From: Candidatus Micrarchaeota archaeon
Lineage (GTDB): Archaea; Micrarchaeota; Micrarchaeia; Anstonellales; Bilamarchaeaceae
Reading direction: 5' to 3'
NCBI GenBank assembly: GCA_043812915.1
Contig: JBDRLQ010000003.1
Location: 32,001-96,000, forward strand
DNA: 64,000 nt
The position numbers and the translations under genes are program-made. This document shows positions 19,098 to 28,600 of the stretch, piece by piece. Each line of letters starts with the position of its first letter. Position 1 is the stretch's first letter. The notes under the pieces were generated by a model, which was not told where the DNA came from, made no database searches, and saw nothing but the letters and a program-made list of their open reading frames with translations.

Positions 19098-20185
19098 CAG
19101 ACCATCCTCGTGATTCTACTTAAATCTATTTCCTCTCCCATCAGGCGGGCGACATAACTGACGCTGGCGATAGTCGCAAGAAGCGCAACTGTCGGCATGA
19201 AGAACGCCGCTATGAACGCGCTTGCCGCGAACATTATTGCCTCTGTCGGCTTTCCGCCTCCTGGCAGGTATGATTCCTCGAAAGTTTCCTCGCCTCCTGG
19301 CATTGAGAGCCACATTGATGCGGCCAGGCCCCAGCCGGTCGCGGCGGAGTTGGTCCCTCCCCGGTCATAGAATATCCTCTCGTTGCGCACATAATCGTTC
19401 ATCAGTGTCGAATCCGGCGCGTAATCCGGCCGGTCAACCAGCACATCGCCCATAAGGTAGAGGATTGAGAGCATGAGCGGGTACACCAGCAGGAAGCATA
19501 TCGCAAGGGACATCAGCAGCGCCCCGAACCCGCGCAGGTAAGGCATTGAGCGCAGGAATATGCCCATAGGAAGGAACAGGAAAACGAATCCCCGGTAGAT
19601 GAACATCAGCAGGAACAGGTAGCTGAGCACCGTAATGTGCGCCATCAGTGTCGAATTGAAGAATATGTTCATGGCTGCCATGTAGGCGCCGAAACCCCCG
19701 AAGGGTTGCGTATTCGTCCCGGAATACCCGAAGAGGCAACGGAGCGGCCCGCACGAGAAGACGCTCAGGTAGGAAAGGATGGTATATGCCTTGAGGTGGT
19801 AGCGCACAACGCTCATGGAATTGTGCGAATACAGCGCCGCTTCCACAAGGTATGTCTCGGCAGCGTCATAGATTGAATCCGGCGGGTCTGTTGCCGATAC
19901 CGGCACTTCGAAGATGTTCGCGACATCTCCAAGGTCAATGGCGCAGAACGTGTTTATCGTCGTTCCCAGGAACACGACCACTCCGAGCGAAATGAGCACC
20001 TGCAGTATCTCGGTCTTTGACCATAGGGTGAGCTTGGGATTGTTCAGCAGCTTCCCGAGCAGGAAGGAGACTCCGATTATCATCCCGGTCGTGATTGCCG
20101 CAATGGCGGCGAGCGGGAATATCGTAGTGGTAAGGAAATCAGAGAAATCCGTTGAAAGCGCCCCTGCAGTGCATATGTCCATCAT
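19097..20185 (-). CDS. Polytopic membrane protein, paralog 5 of 6
   Basis: LPMGIFLRSMPYLRGFGALLMSLAICFLLVYP. Confidence 0.75.
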   Translation of the reverse strand: MMDICTAGALSTDFSDFLTTTIFPLAAIAAITTGMIIGVSFLLGKLLNNPKLTLWSKTEILQVLISLGVVVFLGTTINTFCAIDLGDVANIFEVPVSATDPPDSIYDAAETYLVEAALYSHNSMSVVRYHLKAYTILSYLSVFSCGPLRCLFGYSGTNTQPFGGFGAYMAAMNIFFNSTLMAHITVLSYLFLLMFIYRGFVFLFLPMGIFLRSMPYLRGFGALLMSLAICFLLVYPLMLSILYLMGDVLVDRPDYAPDSTLMNDYVRNERIFYDRGGTNSAATGWGLAASMWLSMPGGEETFEESYLPGGGKPTEAIMFAASAFIAAFFMPTVALLATIASVSYVARLMGEEIDLSRITRMV

Positions 20186-21195
20186 ACCAGCCTCGCGAGC
20201 GCGCTCATGTCCACTTCAGCCCCTGCCAGGGACGTCATGAACCTAAGGCTGCTCATGAACATCAGCAGCGCAATTATTGGCCCGAGCGTCGCCTTTATCA
20301 GCACCCAGTACAGGTATTCCTTCATCCCTGCCCGCATGTTGTTGTAAACCCTTTCGGCTTCCTCCTCATTCGGATTCCCCAAAGTCCCCGACTGCGCGGG
20401 CTCGCACTCGAAGTCGGAAATCCCGATGCTTTCATCAGGATGGTAGGGGTCATCGATATCCGCTGCTACCCAGTCAATCTCACCATCGTATGAAATGAAG
20501 TTCTCAGCCATCATGTCAACGAACAGGATGCCGAGCGGTATTATCAGGTACATGGAAATGCCAAGGGCAATGAGCAGTCCTCCGGCTCCTCTTGTCACCT
20601 TCAATGTACGAAGCACTATGCCCGCTGGCAGCAGCAGGCTCATCCCGTATTCTGTCGCGATAAGCAGGAGTTTCTCAAGAGCGGCAAGCTCTCCTATCGC
20701 GAACCCGATGATCGAGCCGGCGGTCGAGAGGGGGGGATTCAGCATGCTGAACCCTCCGCATCCGCTAACGAAGTATCCGACTCCCATGATGCTGCACCTG
20801 GCCCCCTTGGCGGCTTCCTCAGCCATCCTGTTGTCCATCCAGGCGACATCGCCGAAGTATCCGGTGAGCTGCCCTCTGGTCTCCCTTAGGCTTTCCACCG
20901 CGGCTTCCTGCATGGTATCATATTCACCGGTGAATTCGGCAATATTGGACATCCAGTTCAGGAAGCTGTCACTCGATACAAGAAGTAGCACTAGCGCAAG
21001 GAGGGCGATAATCTGGTAGCCCTCCTCCTTGGCCATCATCTGCAGCTCGTTGGCCCCAAAACCGTAGCCAATCATGAATACTACAATCAGAATCATGAGG
21101 GAGGTAATCATGGCTATCCCTGCCAATGACTGCCAGGCCGCAAAGCATAGCGGCAGGAGCACAAGCAGAGCGAATATAGTTTTTCCAAAGCCCAT
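20182..21195 (-). CDS. Polytopic membrane protein, paralog 4 of 6
   Basis: LPAGIVLRTLKVTRGAGGLLIALGISMYLIIP. Confidence 0.75.
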   Translation of the reverse strand: MGFGKTIFALLVLLPLCFAAWQSLAGIAMITSLMILIVVFMIGYGFGANELQMMAKEEGYQIIALLALVLLLVSSDSFLNWMSNIAEFTGEYDTMQEAAVESLRETRGQLTGYFGDVAWMDNRMAEEAAKGARCSIMGVGYFVSGCGGFSMLNPPLSTAGSIIGFAIGELAALEKLLLIATEYGMSLLLPAGIVLRTLKVTRGAGGLLIALGISMYLIIPLGILFVDMMAENFISYDGEIDWVAADIDDPYHPDESIGISDFECEPAQSGTLGNPNEEEAERVYNNMRAGMKEYLYWVLIKATLGPIIALLMFMSSLRFMTSLAGAEVDMSALARLV

Positions 21196-23273
21196 CAGAA
21201 TAACCTCCTTAGCCCGGGAATCTCGATGTCCCCTCCGAGCATGGCCGAGAATCCCTTGATGAATACCAGTGTCGCAACGATGTTGAAGAGCGGCAGCAGG
21301 TAAGCTGGTATTATGTATTTCGAGACGGCCGTGATTTCCGCCTTTCCGATAAGCCCATCCTCATCCGCCTCGGAATACTCCCCTGGCGACTTGGACGGAA
21401 CGTTGTCCGAAGGCCTGCAGAGCGAGCCGCAGTCGCTGTTCACAGGCGGGTTGAATATATACGCCTCCTCTGAGAACAGGCACGCCTCGCAGCTGCTCAT
21501 CGGAATCTGGGCCCGGTTGTACACGTCCGTCGGGCAGTTCTCAGGGGAGCAGTCCCCGCCAATGTATTCAAGCGGCAGCGCATGGTGCAGCAGCCTGCTC
21601 TCCATCGGGCAGCCTGTGCAGTTTCCTATGTCCAGCGTCTCAATGAAATCGACATCCACTTCGCAGGTTGTCGGGCAGTTTGCGCACTGCTCAACTATCT
21701 CCCAGGTGGATGGGTCTGCGGCATCATACGCGTCTGTGAAGCATTCCTCCGGAAGGTTCGCCGGGTCGGCGTTCTCCAGCCTGCACTGCGGCGGGCAGTT
21801 CACGCACAGCTCCTCGTCGCATGAGCCCCACTGCGGTATTACATAAACGCATGATTCGAAGGCGTCCATGCTGGCCGGGCACTCCGAGGCCAGGTTGCAT
21901 TGCCTCACTTTGTCCGAAGGCCCTTCCACTTCAGGCCGATAATCCAAATCCTGCATGTTCGTTACCCTGCAGTCGAACCTGGATTCAAGGCAGCGGTCGA
22001 CATCACAGTTGGTGTTTAGCGGGGGGACAATCTTGCACTCCACCGGGCAGCGCAGGTATTCCTCGTCATCCGCCGCTCCCGGAACGGTCCTCACAGCCTT
22101 GCACTCAATCGGAAGCTGCGCGCATGCCTCCTGCACCTCAAGCTCAACGCACATCGAAAGCGCATGGGGATATGGAAGGTCCCTGCATTGGGATGGGCAA
22201 TCCTCGAAGGGGCCGTAGTAGCAGCTATAGACTGTCTGGCCCCCAGCGCTTCCATTGCTGCCTATCGCCCTTTCCATGGTGCCCCTGGATATCTCTATCG
22301 CGGAGGCATCATCCTCCGGGTCGAACGCCATGTAAATGTCATTGACTGTCGCCATTAGGACCGCTTCTCCCCCTGAGGTATGATAATATGCAAGGGGCGG
22401 GCCGACAGAGCATTCTTCGGGGCATCCGCGGATATCATCCTCCACCGCCTTCTCACCGGCAATCACCATGTCAAGGGTCATCCAGTCGAAGACGTACATC
22501 ATCGGGAAGAAGAACATTATGCCTGCGGCTATCGCTATCAGCAGCCCTCCGGCTTTCCTGGTGAAGAAGAAAGCGCGCGCGACAATGCCTGCGGCTAATA
22601 TCAGGGGCCCAAGCTTGAAGCTTATCTGGTCGATAAAGAACTTCTGCGCATGCAGTGAGTTGAGGATGTTCACCCAGTATTCATATATTATCGTGTACCT
22701 GTCAACGTCGAGTATATACTGCGGCGCCAGGCCCATATAGAAACTGAGCATCACGCAGTATATCGTGATGCAGCTGATTCCCGCCCTGCGGTTCATCCAG
22801 CCGGCTGCGACCATATTGTTGGCGAGCGCGTTTTTCGCCCCTTCTTCTGCGGCCACGATGCTGTCATGCAGGTAGCCGTATTCCGAAGTGACCACTTCCT
22901 GCAGGCACGGATCGCCGATGTCGCAGTGCAGCCCGCCGACCTCAGAGCCATTGACCATGGCCATCACAAGCATATCAAGGAAGGCGATGGTCCCTATAAG
23001 CACCACAATCAGGATTGCGTTCGCGATGACCTGCGAGAGCTCTGTGCTCGCCCATGCCTGCAAATCAGGCATCTCGAAGGCGACTGCAATCATGTACCCG
23101 ATTGCAACAAGAATGATGGATGCGATTATGGCCAGCGCAGCCAGTGCCTGCCAGCTTGAGACGATTTCCAGAACCGAGCCTCCAACCTCCTGCTCAAAGG
23201 AGGCGCTAACGTCCCCTTCTGTGGCTAAGGAAAGCGAAACCAGCACCAGAAGCACAAGCAACAGTCTCTTCAT
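21195..23273 (-). CDS. Polytopic membrane protein, paralog 3 of 6, with large Cys-rich insert
   Basis: LAAGIVARAFFFTRKAGGLLIAIAAGIMFFFP; repeated CPxxC; start MKRLLL gives ATGA overlap. Confidence 0.75.
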   Translation of the reverse strand: MKRLLLVLLVLVSLSLATEGDVSASFEQEVGGSVLEIVSSWQALAALAIIASIILVAIGYMIAVAFEMPDLQAWASTELSQVIANAILIVVLIGTIAFLDMLVMAMVNGSEVGGLHCDIGDPCLQEVVTSEYGYLHDSIVAAEEGAKNALANNMVAAGWMNRRAGISCITIYCVMLSFYMGLAPQYILDVDRYTIIYEYWVNILNSLHAQKFFIDQISFKLGPLILAAGIVARAFFFTRKAGGLLIAIAAGIMFFFPMMYVFDWMTLDMVIAGEKAVEDDIRGCPEECSVGPPLAYYHTSGGEAVLMATVNDIYMAFDPEDDASAIEISRGTMERAIGSNGSAGGQTVYSCYYGPFEDCPSQCRDLPYPHALSMCVELEVQEACAQLPIECKAVRTVPGAADDEEYLRCPVECKIVPPLNTNCDVDRCLESRFDCRVTNMQDLDYRPEVEGPSDKVRQCNLASECPASMDAFESCVYVIPQWGSCDEELCVNCPPQCRLENADPANLPEECFTDAYDAADPSTWEIVEQCANCPTTCEVDVDFIETLDIGNCTGCPMESRLLHHALPLEYIGGDCSPENCPTDVYNRAQIPMSSCEACLFSEEAYIFNPPVNSDCGSLCRPSDNVPSKSPGEYSEADEDGLIGKAEITAVSKYIIPAYLLPLFNIVATLVFIKGFSAMLGGDIEIPGLRRLF

Positions 23274-24334
23274 CCAATCACCCTCAATGCCTTTGCGACC
23301 GAGCCGATAAATGTAACTACCAGCGCAATCGTCAGGTTGGGCAGCAGGAATGCCTGCGGCACCAGCCATGCGACCATCCAGAAACCGTAATTGTTAGTGC
23401 ACGCGCGTTGCCTGTCCTCGGTGATGTCTTCATCAGCGTAATCCCAGCACGCGTATCCGTCGGTCACGCTATCACAAACCGCGTCGTAGATGTGCAGCGG
23501 CTCCCCAAGGAACCTTGCGCTCACTTCACGGTAGCAGTCTTCTGTCGTCAATGCCACATCCATCATCGCCAGATTGAACGTATAGAGATACGGCACAAGT
23601 ATGTAGATTCCTATCGCCAGCGCGAGCAGGACATTCCCCATCTGCCTTGTCGGTATCAGAACGCGCAGCAGGAATCCTGTCGGGACCACCCACGCGATGA
23701 TATTGCTGTTTATGAAGCCTAGCAGGAGCTGCTGCATCCTGATGCTCGCCATGGACGGGATAAGGAAGGTATTGAGAATCATGTCATACTGGTTCGAGAC
23801 GACTCTCTTGTAGGAGGAGACGACTGCAGTGTAAGTGTCGAACAGGGGAAGAGCCACGCTCATGGAAAGCGTGGACCACATGATGTTGTCCACGTACTCC
23901 TTGATGTAGTATTCAGAAATGCCCTCTGCCCTGGATGCCGCGCTGTTCAGGTAGCATTGGGATACTGCGTCTATTGTGCTCAGGTCGGAGTAGCAGCGCA
24001 GATCACCGGTCTCCTGCAGTTCCCCATAGGTGTTCATGAAGAAGAAATCCATGACATTGCAGGAAAGCGCGAGCACCGCGCTAAAGCCCATCAGGAGCAT
24101 GACTGAGAATCCGAGGTGGTACAGCTCATCGGTTGAGAATATTATGAATTTCGGGTTTCCTGTGACCTTTCCTATCATGTACGCGCCGGCAGTCAGCACC
24201 GCGGTGAGCATCAGGACCGCTGCGATATTCCCTCCCTGGTCTCCGACAATGACGTCCAGCCCGACCTCAACGCAGTCAAGGGCTGCTGCAAGCGGGGACA
24301 AAAGCAGAAGGAAAAGCAACAGGCGCCTCATCAT
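23270..24334 (-). CDS. Polytopic membrane protein, paralog 2 of 6
   Basis: VPTGFLLRVLIPTRQMGNVLLALAIGIYILVP; start MMRRLL gives ATGA overlap. Confidence 0.75.
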   Translation of the reverse strand: MMRRLLLFLLLLSPLAAALDCVEVGLDVIVGDQGGNIAAVLMLTAVLTAGAYMIGKVTGNPKFIIFSTDELYHLGFSVMLLMGFSAVLALSCNVMDFFFMNTYGELQETGDLRCYSDLSTIDAVSQCYLNSAASRAEGISEYYIKEYVDNIMWSTLSMSVALPLFDTYTAVVSSYKRVVSNQYDMILNTFLIPSMASIRMQQLLLGFINSNIIAWVVPTGFLLRVLIPTRQMGNVLLALAIGIYILVPYLYTFNLAMMDVALTTEDCYREVSARFLGEPLHIYDAVCDSVTDGYACWDYADEDITEDRQRACTNNYGFWMVAWLVPQAFLLPNLTIALVVTFIGSVAKALRVIG

Positions 24335-25557
24335 ACCAGCCTCTGTATCCCCGCCATGTACCATTCGCCGCCAAGAGCCGTGGAGATGCTTTTCGCACCG
24401 GTGTAAGTCAGTATCGATACCAAAACGAATTCAATGTAAAGCAGGAGGACAAGGTTGTTCACCTGGGTGAGGAATGGGTACACCGTGTTGAACACCGTCT
24501 CCGCCCAATCGCCCCCCATGCCGTTGTCAAGGCCCGTCTCTGCCCAGATTAGCCAGATTGCCAGTATTACCGCGTGCACTATGTAGAATATGTTGGATAT
24601 CAGCGGGTATATCGTGTACTGCACCAGTGTCAGGCACGCTGGATATGCAGCGGCTCCGACTCCGGTGAGCAGGATGGGCAGGCAGATCACTGCCGCGAAC
24701 CCGAGGTCAGTGAGCCCGAATATCGTCTTCATGGTCTCGCTGCCGCAGAAGGGCTCTGCTATGAACATCGCCCATGGCTTGGCGTCAAGGTTGTCCATGT
24801 CCCTTCCGCCTATGCTGGCTTCAGGGTAATCGATAACGCTCTCGTTGATTTCCCCCATCATTATTATCGAGAATGGCAGCAGCACCATCGCGGCAATCGA
24901 AATAGCTATTAGCGTGTTGCCGATTTTTCTTGTGAATGGGATTAGCCGCATGCAGAATGAGAACGGGAGCAGGATTGAGGGGGATACCACCGCGAGGAAT
25001 TTGAGCACCAGAAGCAATCCCTCATAAATGAAGATTACGTTCGTTAGCGCGTGCGCCGCCATCCCAAGGCTGCTTATTATCGGGGTTATCCCGGCATATG
25101 GCGAAGTGGTGTAAGCGAGCGTGACCACCCACAGCGGAATGGACAAAGTCGGCATGTAGCTTGCGCCTGCCTTCACTTTGGTTGCCGCGCGTATGACGTC
25201 CTTGTAGGCACGGTCCACACCGATGCTTCCATCGGTCAGCGTGTTCTCGATTGTATTGATAGCGACGCCCATGTAGTCGGATTCGCCTGTTAGCGCGATG
25301 CTCACGGTGTTGGAGGTTATGAACACGCCCATTATGATTGCGATGAGGAAAATCCCACCAATAAGCTCGCGCAGCTCGGTCTTGAACCATGCCATGAGCC
25401 TTGGGTTCGAGAGGGATGTTGCTGCCATCTGAACCGCGCCAAGGAGTATGCCAACGATAATTGCGACCGCAGGAACAACCGGCATGAAGTCAATGTATTG
25501 GGCGAAGGCAGCATTGCAAATAAGCAATAGAATTATCAGTAGCTTTCCTCGCAACAT
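24331..25557 (-). CDS. Polytopic membrane protein, paralog 1 of 6
   Basis: LPFSFCMRLIPFTRKIGNTLIAISIAAMVLLP; signal-like N-terminus. Confidence 0.75.
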   Translation of the reverse strand: MLRGKLLIILLLICNAAFAQYIDFMPVVPAVAIIVGILLGAVQMAATSLSNPRLMAWFKTELRELIGGIFLIAIIMGVFITSNTVSIALTGESDYMGVAINTIENTLTDGSIGVDRAYKDVIRAATKVKAGASYMPTLSIPLWVVTLAYTTSPYAGITPIISSLGMAAHALTNVIFIYEGLLLVLKFLAVVSPSILLPFSFCMRLIPFTRKIGNTLIAISIAAMVLLPFSIIMMGEINESVIDYPEASIGGRDMDNLDAKPWAMFIAEPFCGSETMKTIFGLTDLGFAAVICLPILLTGVGAAAYPACLTLVQYTIYPLISNIFYIVHAVILAIWLIWAETGLDNGMGGDWAETVFNTVYPFLTQVNNLVLLLYIEFVLVSILTYTGAKSISTALGGEWYMAGIQRLV

Positions 25558-25567
25558 GGATAGATTT

Positions 25568-25587
25568 CTTAGCTAAGCATTTAAATG
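25568..25587. promoter_or_regulatory. Bidirectional TATA box (CATTTAAATG) with adjacent palindrome CTTAGCTAAG
   Basis: TTTAAA at 25580-25585 lies about 22 nt from both divergent start codons. Confidence 0.6.
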
Positions 25588-25606
25588 TTACTTCCCAGAT
25601 AGTTGC

Positions 25607-28600
25607 ATGCGAGCACGGGTATCCCTACTCTTTATTATCATCCTTGTGACTTCCCTTTTCATTGTCTCATTCGCAGCTCCGCTTGCCGAGATTCTTGACC
25701 TTAAGTATGAGAAGACCTCAATCACCCTGGGCGTCAGCCGCCTTATCCCGTTTCTTGGGGAGGAGTGCGTCGTTTGCGAAGTTTTTGCGAACGCGCCGAA
25801 TACCGGCCTCCTTGTCTTTATGGACGAGACATTTTACACGGTTGACATGACTGTCTATTATGAGAACGAGTCTGAATCCCCCCCCAGGCAGCCGGTTACC
25901 GACGCCATGATGATAGTATATATGTACAATGATACCGGCATCGACAACGGGCTCTGGAAGGTCTATACTGACGGCAGCGGCCAGGCGGCATTCGATTTCT
26001 CTGCCTGGGCCGGAGGGGAGGCCACTTTCAAGATTCTATACTGCCCGTTCTGCTGCCCCGGCGATGGCGCGGATGAATGGTGCGGCTGGGATGAATGCCT
26101 CCAGATGGCTGAGATTCCCGGGCCGGCAACCCCCTCAATGGTTCCGATGCCGGCAGGGGAGAGCGCTCCGGCAGATTTGAACTGCAACGCTTATAAGCCC
26201 TCTTTGCAGGTGCTCGAGTACACCCCGCCGCCGACGGAGCCGACTGCGGGCGTTCCTGCTCTATGCTCAATCGGGCTGCTTATCTTCTCGCTTCTTGGAG
26301 GCGCGCTCTATCTTTCCGGAAGCAATCCCTTTGGGGGATTCAACATCGGGGCACCAAGGATGGGAAGGCATATCCGCTACCAGGCAAGGAGCCGTGGCTG
26401 GGCCCTTGATACTACCGCCCTGGCATCGAGCGTTAGGACGGCCGTCAACCAGGGAAAGCAAATCAAGAAGATGAGGTCTGCGCGCAAGGACAAGGACGGC
26501 AAGGTGATTGCGAAGGGGATGTCCGGGTGGGCGACCTTCAAGGCGATGGCAAAGCAGGGCAGCCCGTTTGCAAGGTGGCGCAGGGTCCGCAACGCGGCGA
26601 AAGGCCTCACTCCTGGTGGAGGCGCACAGACTGAAGTTGTGGATGGGCAGGTCAGGATTACTGGCGGCGGAAGCGGGAGTGGTGGAAAATCTGTCCGGGA
26701 AATCATGGGAAAGCAGTACCGCGAATCAAGGGCATACCTCCGCGGCGGGCAGATCCCCGGCGGCGAAACCCGGACGATGGACCGCAGGGAACGCGGTAGG
26801 GCATATGGTATCTTTCTAGCGAAATCCCTGGGCCAGCTGGCCCTCGGGCTCATAGACAGAAGCACGATAGGCTACATTCTTGGTCTCAACCTGGAGCAGA
26901 GGATGATGGAGGCCCTGTCAGAAACCGAGCGCGAATCACGGGCTGTCGCAATCGCTGCCTACGAGCATGTCCTTGAACTTCTTGGCGATGGGGATGAGAA
27001 TGAGATCGTCGTTCGCGGGAATACGGTTACGGTTGAGGGCGTTGGCGAGTGCACCGCGATAGAGACCACAATAACCATCCCGGGCCAGGCCAACCCCACC
27101 ACAGTGCGCATTCTTGTGCGGGCAGGGGATGAGGCTGCGATTAGGCAGGCCCTTGCAACCGGGAATGTGGCGAACCTAAGCTGCATGCTGGAAGTCAGAG
27201 GAGAGGGAAACCAGCTGACAAGATATGATTTGAGGGAAGGAAGCCTTCATGAGATTCACCAGGTATATACCCACACTGATGCGCGGGGCCAGACCCACGA
27301 GACCGTTGTCATTCTATCTCCATCCTCGCAAGATGGCCGGGGCACCCTATCGGTTGCAGGGGCCATTGTTGATGGGGAAAGGTATACGGCCGTTGCCGGA
27401 GAAGGCGACCATGTCAACTTCTTCAGGAGGGAAGCTGATGGAGAGCTTGCCGCGAGCCCATCATTCAACGCAGGAACTACGATGGTCGATGGGCGGCGTG
27501 TTGGTGCAGTTTCAATGCTTGAAGGCGGGGCAGCAGATGCAATTCGCCAAGGGATTGCCTTGAGTGGCACCACCATGGAGGATGCAGGGTTCATCTCTTT
27601 CCAGGACAGGGGGGGTGGTGACACTGCCGTTACCGAAAGGCTCCGCGCCGTGCTTGACAGCAATACCTCAATGGTAACTGAACAGTACAATGACCAGCTC
27701 GGCCAGATAGAGACCGAGCGCAGGGGCCTTTTCTATGAAGGTCTTGCCGGCGATGATCTTACTGTGCGCGTAGCCGACAGCTCGGCCGCGGCAGGCGGGG
27801 AGCCCCGCGAGCGCGCACTCGCAAACGGGACCGAGATCCGCATTTCTGACGGGAACATAACCCGCGTGACCGGTGCCGATGGCCAGGCCATTGCAGGCGT
27901 AAGCGTTGACGGCGGCCGGATAACGGGCCTTACCACTCCGGATGGAGAGCAGTTAAGGATCAATGTTGCCGGCGACACCCTGCTTAGGCGGGATGCGGCG
28001 GTTCTTGGGGCGGTGCAGGACCTTATCCAGGCTGTCGGCCACTATGACCAGGTTATGCAGGAAGGACGCGTTGAGCGCGGGATGGAGCAGCAATACCATC
28101 CTGACCAGGTTGGCGCTGTCACAGGATATGCCGAGGCTAGGGCAGGCGCTCCTGCTTCGGCGGTTCCAGAGCCCGGGAAAGGAGAGCGCCAGAGCGCTGA
28201 CCAGAGGGTGGTTGCAGAGCGCACAAGAGAGGTGCTCGCCGAGACTCCACATACTGATGCCGGAACGCCTGACCAGGCCAAGGATGCGCAGGTGCGTGCG
28301 CTTGCCAGGACCGAGCCGGCCCTTGCCAATCTTGCCCGGCTGGAAGCCGCAGCGGTGACTCTTAGGATCAATCCAGATGAGCTTACGCCGGAGCGCCTCG
28401 TTGATGCGGTCGGGAGCCTTGATGAGCACACTCCCCAGGATGCAAGGCGCGCCTTTGATGCGCGGGTCGCCAGCGTCGCGCAGGAGCGCGGAATTTCTCC
28501 AGAAAGGGCCAGGACGGAAGTATTGGCCGAATATCAGGACAGGCTCATCCAATCACAGGAAGGCCACCCTCTTTTCAATATGGTGTATGAAGAGCGCGCG

